Of a stretch of DNA of 64,000 nucleotides, positions 40,601-52,600 are shown piece by piece (position 1 is the stretch's first letter; every line of letters begins with the position of its first letter). The DNA lies in NCBI RefSeq assembly GCF_001194135.2, contig NC_068986.1:91580800-91644799 (forward strand), given 5' to 3'. The notes beneath the pieces are model-generated. The model was not told where the DNA came from. It saw only the letters and a program-made list of their open reading frames with translations, and did not search any database. Origin of the DNA: Octopus bimaculoides. Its lineage: Eukaryota. Made by a program: the position numbers and the translations under genes.

Positions 40601-43600
40601 TCTAACTGTATCAGTTTTATATATTTGTTTCACTATTTTAGGTTTTCTTCCCTAAACAGTATGTGGTCTGGGTCAATATTGAGATGTGCACCCTTACCAA
40701 AGCATTCGTTTTTTTTCATATGACTTTCCCTATTTGCAATCATTCAACCAATAAGAACAAGTGGAATTACTCACTTAAGCAAACCAAATACAGTATCATG
40801 TGTACTAGATAATGGAAACAATGATTGTGGTTAAGCTTAAACTCATAAACATGTAATCATTAGTCCATTGTACTTGCTACCAATGGCTGTTCCTTCATAT
40901 CATCTTGCATATATTACTACTCCATTTATATAGATCCCTAACCAACCTACTCCACTGTGACAATGTTCTGTATTTAGGATATAGCTATCACATATGAAGC
41001 TTCATTGAATTTTGCCCACAGTGGGAGGAAAGAGACATTAAGTAACAATACAAATAATGTGTTACCTTTCAGGCTGTAGTTTCCATGTTCGCGTGTGCTG
41101 TGTTGCTTCGCCTTGTTGCTGAAGATGTTGAGGGTGACGCCTCTGCTGCTGTTCCTGTTGTATTTCAGCCCAACATGGTGAGACTGTGGCACTGAAACGT
41201 GGCATGAGGTTCTCAAACTCAGTTAGCGAGTGCAACCTCATCAGTTTCTCTGTTGTTAATGGTTCGGCAAAGAGGGATTCCTCAGCTGAAAGATATATTT
41301 AGGTAAGTAGGAAGATTTAAAATCAGGATTAACAAAAGTTTTGAACCTTACACAGTTTAAAAAAATTTTTTTAAATCAAGTTTACAAGAAGAACTATAGC
41401 ATAATTGACTAAATTAAAAAAAGAAAATTTAGCTGGCTAAGACCACTGAGATAACAAAAGCTTTCAACCCATGTACTTTCAACTTGGTACTCTATCACTC
41501 AACAACCAAAACCACCAAGCTGTATCCAAGCACTGTAGTATCGTACAGCTCACTATTGTTGTTACTGAGAGTATCAGTACATCAGTCAGTTGTTTTAAAA
41601 TTACACAGCTGGGCTCAGATGTTGAGTTAATTTGAAGTTTGAAGGATAGAATAGTGGGAAAGAAAAACACACTTCTGTGTATCTTCCTTTAAATCTTCAC
41701 CTGGAAATCTAGTTTCCAAATAGTACACACAATTTAAAAGGTTATACATACAAGTAGTAAATATTTGGGTAAGTATTTGGATACACTACTGCAAAACAAA
41801 ATTGCAGAAAACCAAAAGTATTTCCAAAAACAATGCTAATTAATATCCAATTACTTACTGGCAGTCTGTTTGGTCTTTTGATGTTCATTAACTTCATCAT
41901 TACCAGCATCAACAGAGTCCAGATCACTCAATGCCTCTTTGTTGTTGAATATACCACAGTTGGACATTTCTAATATGGCAGGGTTTTGTTCAGACAGTTG
42001 ATAGAAATGTAGCTTACCACCCATTGTGCATGCACACAATCGATCAAGTCCTACGTTTGGAGCCAATGACAAATAAAAACAAAAGTAGAAAAGAAAAGTG
42101 GTTAATTCAAACTGAATAAGAAAATGATTGACAAACTGAATAAAAAAATGATTACAGATATAAATCAAAATTTTGATAGACAGCAGGCTGATAGATTGAC
42201 AATTATCCTTTTAGCATTAAATACTGTGTTCTGAAAATAGCTATACTAAATAATGTCTTGCTTTTCTGACTTATTCTTAATGGGATAAATAAACCAATAG
42301 AATAAGTACTAGGCTTACAAAGAATAAGCTCCGAGGTCAATTTGCTCGACTAAAGGTGGTGTTCCAGCATAGCAGCAGTCAAATGACTGAAACAAGTAAA
42401 AGAATAAAAGAATATAGGAAATGATAGTGGGTTTGCTTCTTGTAAGTTTTTAAGGTCAATTGGCAGTTTGGGTAGTTTAGTTGATTTTTTAAAATCTATT
42501 TTACTTAGTAAAACTAGCTATCTTGGTCATACAAAAATATAATGGGTTCATACCAAATTATGACTGATGCAAATGGCGTAATTGTTTATCATTCAGCCAA
42601 GTTGCTAAATATTGCATTGCAGTACACACAACAAACACTGGTATCCAGTCCTTTTCTTGTTCTTACAATCAAAATCCTTGATACTATCACTATGTTTCTT
42701 TGCAGTTACAAAGAAGGAAAATACTGTCCATAGACATAAAAAAAGTTGTGCATTGATTCACACAAGCAGCACAGCCATTTGAAAACTTCTGAATTACTGC
42801 ACAAGACCTACAAAACTAATTAGAGTATATAGCTTGTGATATGTTCATCCTGTCACATGATATGATTGCCCTGTTACATGAAAAGAGGCAAGACAATTTA
42901 TATATACATTAAGAGCAATATTTTTTTTACTTGTTTCAGTCATTTGACTGTGGCCATGCTGGAGCACCGCCTTTAGTCGAGCAAATCGACCCCATGACTT
43001 TTTCTTTGTAAGCCTGGTACTTATTCTATCGGATCTTTTGCCGAACCGCTAAGTTACGGGGACGTAAACACACCACCATCAGTTGTAAAGCGATGTTGGA
43101 GGGACAAACACAGACACAAACACACACACACACACACATATATATACATATACATATATACGACGGGCTTCTTTCAGTTTCCGTCTACCAAATCCACTCA
43201 CAAGGCTTTGGTCAGCCCGAGGATATAGTAGATGACACTTACCCAAGGTGCCACGCAGTGGGACTGAACCCGGAACCATGTGGTTGGTAAGCAAGCTACT
43301 TACCACACAGCCACTCCTACGCCTATATAAACTAAAATTTAATTTCACAAAATCTGGGGACAACAGGATAATTCTAGATTTAAAATTGAAGTACCAAAAT
43401 GACCTAAAAATTCTTATTTGTTTCCGGTAACAAAATTTCTACTACTTAGAGTCATAGATCAACTTGATTAGGGTTCACCTAGAGTGAACTACAACAGAAC
43501 ATCATCAACAGAAGAAAAAGAGGAAAACCTCCTACCATCACATATTCATCATGTATAACTGCTTCACCTTTTGCTATTAATTTGTTTGCTTATGTTGAAA

Positions 43601-46600
43601 GTATTATGGCAAATGTAAACATGAAAAACTGTTTCAATAAAAAAATAGCCTCATAGACAATATGTGTCCTGATTATTTAAGATGCCATATGCATGCAGGT
43701 GGCTGTAACAGTTTCAGTAAGTTCTAGCCTATCATATACCACAAGTAGATTGCAAAATCACAGCTAAAAACAAATAATCACATTTTACACGTTTGGTTAG
43801 AAACCTCAAATTAATTCTTAAACATTACTGAGAGTAGAAGACTGTAGCAGAGAACAACAAAGGAAATTGTGAGAAGTGTTAGGAACATATCAGGATTCTG
43901 GGCCTCACTGATGAAATAATGCAGGATAAAAAGAAGAGGCAATTTGCTAAATTGCAAACCATTCAAACATGTTAAAATGATAGCATCTCTCTCTAACAAT
44001 AATAGAAGGAAAAAAAAAAACAAAGGTAAATTCAAAATGGAGGCAAACATAATATGATGGATATAGCCATAATTATTTTGCAGTACTAATATAATCTTTA
44101 AAAATCTTTCCTCATTATTGTAGAAAATTAGGACCTCAAAAGAAATGTACTGTATTTGATGGCCAGGCATATCAGATATACCCCATTTTCAACAGTGCAT
44201 ATTCAGCAACGAAGTTTTTAGACCATTAAAGCAAGTAATACTCAAAGCAATCTAGGTCCAACTTCACATATAGGAAAATGCGTGATTTTTTTTTTTTTGT
44301 TGAGACTTAAAAAAAAAAAAAAAGTGTATCTCATCATCATCATTTCATGTCCATTTTCCATGCTGGCATGGGTTGGGCAGTTTGACTGGCACTGGTAAGG
44401 CCAGGGGTTGCACCAAGCTCCATAGTCTGTTTTTGGCATGGTCTCATGGATGCCCTTTCTAACACCAACCACTCCACAGAGTGTACCGGGCACCAGCATG
44501 AGTGCTTTTCACAGAGCACCAGCACAGGTATCAATTCTACTGTGGTGGATGATGCCACCAAATACAATTTCTAAAAGCATAAAAAGGTTCACATGGTATT
44601 TTACCAAAAATATAAAAATGGATGTTAAATGATGATGATGATGACAAAATTACTTTTGCAGATTTTCACTGAAGACATATAAAATGACAAAAAAAAAAAA
44701 AAAAGTATTGTCTTCAAAGTTATATTCTAAATATGCTCACTATTTTCTTAGCAAAACAATTTCTAACTGAGAGATGTAAGATGATTAAACATACATACCT
44801 GTACAACAAGTAAGTGATGTAAATTTATCACCTTCTTCAGGTTCAATCTGAGCCACAGACGTTAAAGTAGAAAGGTCCCAGAGTTTTATGTGTCCATTGT
44901 ATAAAACTGTACCAAAGAGTCCATGTGGTTCAGATGAACGAGAATGGTGGTTGTCTATGGAAGTTGAGTCTTCATCTTCTGCTTGACCCATGAATTCATT
45001 GGGGATAACAGCTAAGTTAACCACTGACTCAAACACTGATGGTATTAGCAATGAGTTAACAGGAGTTTCTTCAATGCGAACATGTTCGTGGTCAAAGTTC
45101 AGTCTGTAGACAAGTATAGTGCCACTAGCTGGAGTGTCAGCCAGCAGTGAAATGTTGTTGCTATTGGTGGCTGTTTCAGCTGACTGTCCTTGCTTGTTGG
45201 GGTTGTTGGGGCTATTTGCCTTTGACAAATTCTTGTTGTCAATGACAATAGAGAAACTATCACAGATATTAACAGGGGACAAAACAACAATCACATAAAG
45301 TCCATCGGTTGTCAGATTAATGGAGCTGATCTTCAGAGTTTCAGACTGAAGGTTGCGTGGTAACTCCACACACTGCAGAATATGGCCATTTGGCAGCAAT
45401 GGCTGTGTTTGTTTAAATAAATTGTCCATACTTAGTGACTTGTTGGCTTCACTGATATCACTCATGCTTGAATTACTGTTGGACATTTTCGTATCCTCAA
45501 GGTTACTGTCCAATGTGGTTGTGTTAACCAATGGTTTCGATCCTGATCCTTCTTCAACCAGCAAAGCATCAGTGTCTGGTACGCTGTCAAACATTGGATC
45601 AAGCATGCCCCAATCCTGCGTCATCGCAATGGAACCTAATGTGGGTACAGATAGTTCATTGCCACTAGTTGATGGCTTGGAATTGTTGTCCTGTGGTTTT
45701 ACACTGGGGGCCTTTTCATGCCAAATAGCAACAACAATGATAAAGGGGAGAAATACCATCCGATCTAAAAGGGTCACATTATCACAATCATCCAAGAGAT
45801 CGGGGATAATTTTTGGTGGTAAAGTGTCACTACTGACCACCTCATTCACCTTGTTCATAAACTGGACATCTGGCTTCACAGGAAAGTCAGCATTCAACTC
45901 TGTTTCATGGTGTAACACATTACAGGAAGGTCTGGTTTTGCGCAAAGACACCCCGCACACCAGACTAGGTTGTGAAAGATACTTGGTGGAGGCACGCACA
46001 TTACATTCACTGCTATTTCCATTACTGCATTCATTCCCCCCTCCTCCCTCACCAGCAGTCCCTCCTCCTTTTGATTCAATCATAAGATGATCTGGTTTTT
46101 CCATCATGCACAAAGAATGGACCTTAATATCCTGTGATGGTCTTGTTTGCTTCCAACACTTTTGATCTAAAGCAGAAAAAAAAAGAAAAGAAAACAGGTT
46201 TGCTCATTAAAAGTTTTGTCTCAAAAAATGGCTACTTTCAATTATCCTATTAGCCATGAAATTTCCTAATATTACTGAGGGTAAAGAACATGAAAATATC
46301 AAGAGAAAATGGTGAAAATTTATTTTTTGGGGAAAAAAACAAAACAAATTTCTCTTACAAAGTGATCCAGAAAAATGCTGATAGTAACTCCAAGAAAAAC
46401 GGGGAGATAAACTTCATTTGCCAATTATCTCAAAATTAACGATAAACTTACAACCATTTGTTTTTATTCTTCAGCTGCAACAGAAAAGATATTTCCTTTG
46501 CTAAACAATATAAAAAGGTAAAAAATTGTTCCCAGTTGAATATAGAAACAATAAAATGCCATATCACATGGAAAGACACTGTTTAAAAAACATGACACAT

Positions 46601-49600
46601 ACAAAATAGAAACTGCCTGAAAAACTGCAAAACTCAAGGAAATTAAATTACATTCCTATGAAGGAAAAAAGATTTTAGTAAAATAATGGTTAATTATATA
46701 GTTAATTTGGTAAAATCCAAGAAAATCTGAGACCCCTGCTTCACAGTAACCTTCAGAGTTGTGGTCAATGCCAGTGCTGCCTGATTGGTGCTGTGCCAGT
46801 GGCACGTAAAAAGCACCATTCAAGTGTGGGTCGTTGCCAGTGCCGTCTGACTAGCTCCCATGCCGGTGACATGTAAAAAGCACCATTTAAGCATGGTCAA
46901 TGCCAGTACTGTCTGATTGGTCCTTGTGCTTGTGGCATGTAAAAAGCACCCACTACACTCTCTGAGTGGTTGGCGCAGAAACCTTGCCAGATCAGATTGG
47001 AGCCAGGTGCAGCCTTCTGGTTTGCCAGTCCTCAGTCAAACCGTCCAACCCATGCCAGCATGGAAAGCAGACGTTAAACAACGATAAGCTCATTGTGGTT
47101 GGAGATCAGTCACCAAAATGTCAATGGACATTAGCTAAAAAATAAAAGTTCTGAGGTTGTCAATATCATGGTATCCTTTTTTAACATTTTATATACTTTT
47201 TAAGTGCATTACTGCATTCATTCTCCCCTCCTCCTTTTGATTCAATCATAAAATAGTCTGGCTTTTCCATCATGCAAATTGAACAAAGTTGCCTAAATTT
47301 AAAATAGAAGCATCACTTATTGGCCCAGGTATTTATTGGTGCACGGAATTAAAATCTGAACAGTTAAAACAAAAGATATCCATCATATAGACAATCTAAG
47401 AGCTTGAAGTACTAGTAGTTTGATGGGTTGCACAACACTAGAGCTGTACACAAGTTTAAACATACAAGTTTCCAGCATGGGAATCAAACCAAAAGATGTT
47501 TATCTTAGTGCACAGAATATGATGTAGACTTTAACACCTTTGGATATTACTTATTACATACTCTATCACTGGATACGAGACATTTTGTGCTGCCTATTTG
47601 GCATTGCTGATTCAACACTGACTTACGTGACATCAGACGTTTTAATGTTTCTCATTCCCCACCCCACCCCTCTTTCTCTGTTTATGTGTGAGCCTCGAGT
47701 TATGTTTGTATGTGTAATGTCTTTTGCTTTCTGCAAAACCCGCCCACCCACTCACTCTCTCTCTGTTTGCTATATTTCTGCACATGCATGTTTGCCTGCA
47801 GTGCCAAAACCATACTGCCACCAAAACAGGTTGAATGTGCAGTTAGCCATGTCACATCATCGGTGCCCCCAACAGCTGCACGCAACTGTTCCATTCTGTC
47901 CTTCACTGAAGAAGTATATAATAAGTAGTTCAAGATCATAACCTAACATCCATTATTTTGCTAGAAAAAGACAAAAAAAAAACCCCAAGAGGTAAATCAA
48001 AATAATACTAACCTCTCGTGTAAAGTTCATCACTCAAAGGTATTTCTCGAGGATCTGTTATATTGACAGCAACACACTCGGGAGTATAGCTCTCTTCAGT
48101 CAACAACTCATTGGGACAGCGGTCCCGCTCTGTCTTCAGCTGTTGGTCCATTCTGCTACAATTACAAAGGAGAAAATTACTTAAAAGAACCAGAACTGTT
48201 TCTTCAAATTCTCACTAGTGTCTCCAAGATAATTTTGAGTCTATTAAAGATGTTATTGAAATTATTACACAGAAATGATTATAAAAACCTAAATTAATGA
48301 GGTGTGTTGACTAGGTAAAACAGTGACAGTCAACAGAATGATCAAAATCACTAGTAAGTGAAAGAAGAGAAAAACAAAAGGTTGACTTTGACAGGTTTTG
48401 AAGTGCAAAAACAATAAAGCATCAAAAGCTGTCAAGAAGATGCATCTGCTTTTTGTCACCTGCACCAATTCCACCTTTAATAAATATTTAGTGAAACTGG
48501 AAAATTTAATTTAGTTTGTTAAGATCACAAATAGGTGCAGGAGTGACTGTGTGGTAAGTAGCTTGCTTACCAACCACATGGTTCTGGGTTCGGTGCCACG
48601 CAGTGGGCAAGTGTCTTCTACTATAGCCTCGGGCCGACCAAAGCCTTGTGAGTGGATTTGGTAGATGGAAAAACACAAAGAAACCTATCGTGTATATATA
48701 TATATATATNNNNNNNNNNNNNNNNNNNNNNNNNNNNNNNNNNNNNNNNNNNNNNNNNNNNNNNNNNNNNNNNNNNNNNNNNNNNNNNNNNNNNNNNNNN
48801 NNNNNNNNNNNNNNNNNNNNNNNNNNNNNNNNNNNNNNNNNNNNNNNNNNNNNNNNNNNNNNNNNNNNNNNNNNNNNNNNNNNNNNNNNNNNNNNNNNNN
48901 NNNNNNNNNNNNNNNNNNNNNNNNNNNNNNNNNNNNNNNNNNNNNNNNNNNNNNNNNNNNNNNNNNNNNNNNNNNNNNNNNNNNNNNNNNNNNNNNNNNN
49001 NNNNNNNNNNNNNNNNNNNNNNNNNNNNNNNNNNNNNNNNNNNNNNNNNNNNNNNNNNNNNNNNNNNNNNNNNNNNNNNNNNNNNNNNNNNNNNNNNNNN
49101 NNNNNNNNNNNNNNNNNNNNNNNNNNNNNNNNNNNNNNNNNNNNNNNNNNNNNNNNNNNNNNNNNNNNNNNNNNNNNNNNNNNNNNNNNNNNNNNNNNNN
49201 NNNNNNNNNNNNNNNNNNNNNNNNNNNNNNNNNNNNNNNNNNNNNNNNNNNNNNNNNNNNNNNNNNNNNNNNNNATTTGGCAGAGTTTCTACAGCTGGAT
49301 GCCCTTCCTAACGCCAACCACTCAGAGAGTGTAGTGGGTGCTTTTACGTGTCACCCGCACAAAGGCCAGTCAGGCGGTACTGGCAACGGCCACGCTCAAA
49401 ATGGTGTATTTTATGTGCCACCCGCACAAGAGCCAGTCCAGGGGCACTGGCAACGATCTCGCTCGAAAATCCTACAAAGGCCAGTCAGGCGGTACTGGCA
49501 ATGGCCAAGCTCAAAATGGTGTATTTTATGTGCTACCCACACAAGAGCCAAGGGAAATAAAATGTCAGATTTTAATCCATTACAGAAAATAATTGAACAG

Positions 49601-52600
49601 CTTTCAATATAAAGAAGAGTATGAATTATCTTAACTGGTTAACTATTTAACTGTGAAGTAACACCAGACCTTAAATCTCTGCCTGCTCTGTGTAGCACAT
49701 GATACAGAGGACATATTTCCTTGAGAACTATACATCATGTGTGACATGCATTCCCGATTCTGTTTTAATCATCCAAGTAACTTGACTTGAATTCAGGGCT
49801 ATGAAGATTCTTGGAACAGGTTAACAATAGGAAAAATAGATAAACAGGCATACATACCTTACAGAGATACACAACACAAATATATTCCTGCTACTGGCCT
49901 AACATAGTCAACTGATACAGCGATGAGGCAAGCTGGTATAGTAAAAGGACAACTAATCACTAGCGCATCTAACATAGCTATGACACTGTGTAAAGTTTCT
50001 TCTATTAGTTTTAACCAACATCATTTAGCCCTAGGCCAGATCTGATATGATCCAGTAAACTATTGATTAAAGATGCTTCAGTCATAATCAACCCACTTAT
50101 AATAGTGAGACATGGTTTGAGGGAGATTTGGTTACTATTTCTAACACGCTGAGTGACCAAGTGCTTACTAAAAGTGGAGATTACAAAAAGAAAAAAAAAA
50201 AAAAANNNNNNNNNNAAAAAAAAAAAAAAAAAAAAATGCAGCTATGTGGTAGGTGCAGGTGTTGTAAGAAGCTTGCTTCCCAACCACATGGTTCTGGGTT
50301 CAGTCCCTCTGTATGGCATCTTGGGTAAATGTCTTCTACTATAGCCCCAGGCCGACCAAAGCCTTGTGAGTAGATCTGGTGTGTCCTCCCACCATCATTT
50401 GACAACCGATGTTGGTGTGTTTATATCCCAGTAACTTAGCGGTTCAGCAAAAGAGGCCAACAGAATAAGTACTAGGCTTACAAAGAATAAGTCCTGGGGT
50501 TGATTTGTTTGACTAAAGGCAGTGCTCCAGCATGGCTGCAGTCAAATGACTGAAACAAGTAAAAGAATAAAAGAATAAATCATGAACACAAGGCTTACCC
50601 AGATTTATGCCTGCTATCAACATCCACTGTTGGAATGGGTTCCATCTCAAATTGTACTCCTGTTTTAGCAGCTACTACAGGTTCAGTTGGATCCAAATTA
50701 AACTGGCAGTGTTTCTGGTTAAATAGAAGAGAATAAGAATTTTGAAAAGTATACAAAATAAGGTGACTTACTTTCCATTAACAAAGTTATTTTAATACCA
50801 AAAATAAACTGGATCNNNNNNNNNNNNNNNNNNNNNNNNNNNNNNNNNNNNNNNNNNNNNNNNNNNNNNNNNNNNNNNNNNNNNNNNNNNNNNNNNNNNN
50901 NNNNNNNNNNNNNNNNNNNNNNNNNNNNNNNNNNNNNNNNNNNNNNNNNNNNNNNNNNNNNNNNNNNNNNNNNNNNNNNNNNNNNNNNNNNNNNNNNNNN
51001 NNNNNNNNNNNNNNNNNNNNNNNNNNNNNNNNNNNNNNNNNNNNNNNNNNNNNNNNNNNNNNNNNNNNNNNNNNNNNNNNNNNNNNNNNNNNNNNNNNNN
51101 NNNNNNNNNNNNNNNNNNNNNNNNNNNNNNNNNNNNNNNNNNNNNNNNNNNNNNNNNNNNNNNNAGCAAGGGTGATGGGAGGAAGAGAAGCAAGTGGAAT
51201 GGGAATGTCCAAGTGGAGGTGGTAAGATCCCAGTCAACTCCAAGGAGACATTATAACAGAGATAGAAAAGGCTGAGAGCAGAGACAATTTTCTGCTATGT
51301 TCCAGATATCATCACAATGGAAAACCGAGTCATTTTACTAAATCACGTAAAACTCTTAATTATTTTCCTAAAATTAATGAAAATACATGGACTGTGTATT
51401 TCAGTAGAAATAGAGTCATTATGGAATAAAACAATATGGAAGTTCTCTATACATTCATGTGTTAGAAGTGCACAATGTTACAAAATTTAATGCATTCATA
51501 CAATCAATTTTAGGCATTACTCTGCTTATCAACGAGATCTAAGGATGATTGCATAAAACCTTTAGAACTGAATGATGTAATAATGTCTACCTTGCATATG
51601 ACAAATAGGTTTTAAGCATGCACATACACACTTCACAACAACAAATTCGTTATACATTCTTTTGCTGGTTTCGGCCATTAGAGTGTGGCAATTACTGGAA
51701 CACAGGCACTAGACTCGAAAGAGTATTGAATGCAATGCAATCCAATACCATGATATATCAAGTTGTTTCATTCAAAACCATAAGGATTCTGCATGCCAGT
51801 ACCTCATATATAAATTGAAAGAAGACATAAAATTATATAATTACCTTTAGTAGGCGTGCTGTACTCCATATAACAACATTACCATTCAAAGTGGATGTGG
51901 CAAAGAAATGTTTGCTGCTGGATGTACTAATACACTCAATCTGAAAGAAAACAAAAAGAGAATGTCATATTCCTTATACTTGTATAGTGAAGATCTTAGA
52001 TAATAAATTAAAATATTTCAAATTTTATACATTTTTCAAAATGAGGTGATCCAAATAATTATTTGTTAATGTTTTTGTATTAAACAAGGTGTTTAATGAA
52101 GCAGTGTGTACATGAAATGACTGTAATAAGTTGTACATAACAATATAATATATGGAATACAAACAGTATGATGCATGAAAAAGGATTATTATGATAAACG
52201 GGCAGTAAAAATAGAAGATTTGTAGAAGTGGGAAAGAGAGGTAGCAAATATGATCTGTAAGATATGCAGCATTAACTTACATATGTAGGAATACCTTTCA
52301 TATAAGAGAGTGATTTAGTGTGGGCATTGAAATGGATAACCACCTTAAGCACCTTTTCGAGCTCCATGTGCCTAACACATGTGGGCATGCCTACAAAGTC
52401 AGAAAACAGCACAGCTACCATGACTTTTGTAAACATTTTTTCACACTCAGGGTTGCTGAAGCATGAAACAAACTACCTGCATCAGTTGTTAGCTGCCAGG
52501 ACATTGCATCCTTTAAAATCTCCATGCTTCCTGAAATTCACCAACATTATGCCTGATATCCCTCCCCTCCATATGCAAGCACACATGTATATCATGACTC

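Noticed and set aside
41670-41700. Possible ~30-nt mini-exon (TTTCCAG acceptor, EDLKEDTQK)
   Set aside because: No convincing in-phase donor, and exons 11 and 12 join in frame without it.
45353-46090. Long plus-strand ORFs (also 39807-40394, 32233-32526, 4008-4271, 12689-12961)
   Set aside because: They are antisense shadows of BIRC6 exons, end near exon boundaries, and show no independent homology or splice structure.
46760-46960. Regularly spaced repeats resembling a CRISPR array
   Set aside because: Eukaryotic intron, the 'spacers' are homologous to each other, and no cas genes are present. These are R1 tandem modules.
48648-49612. ORFs of 130-315 aa spanning X runs (also 50719-51243)
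   Set aside because: Artefacts of assembly N-gaps.
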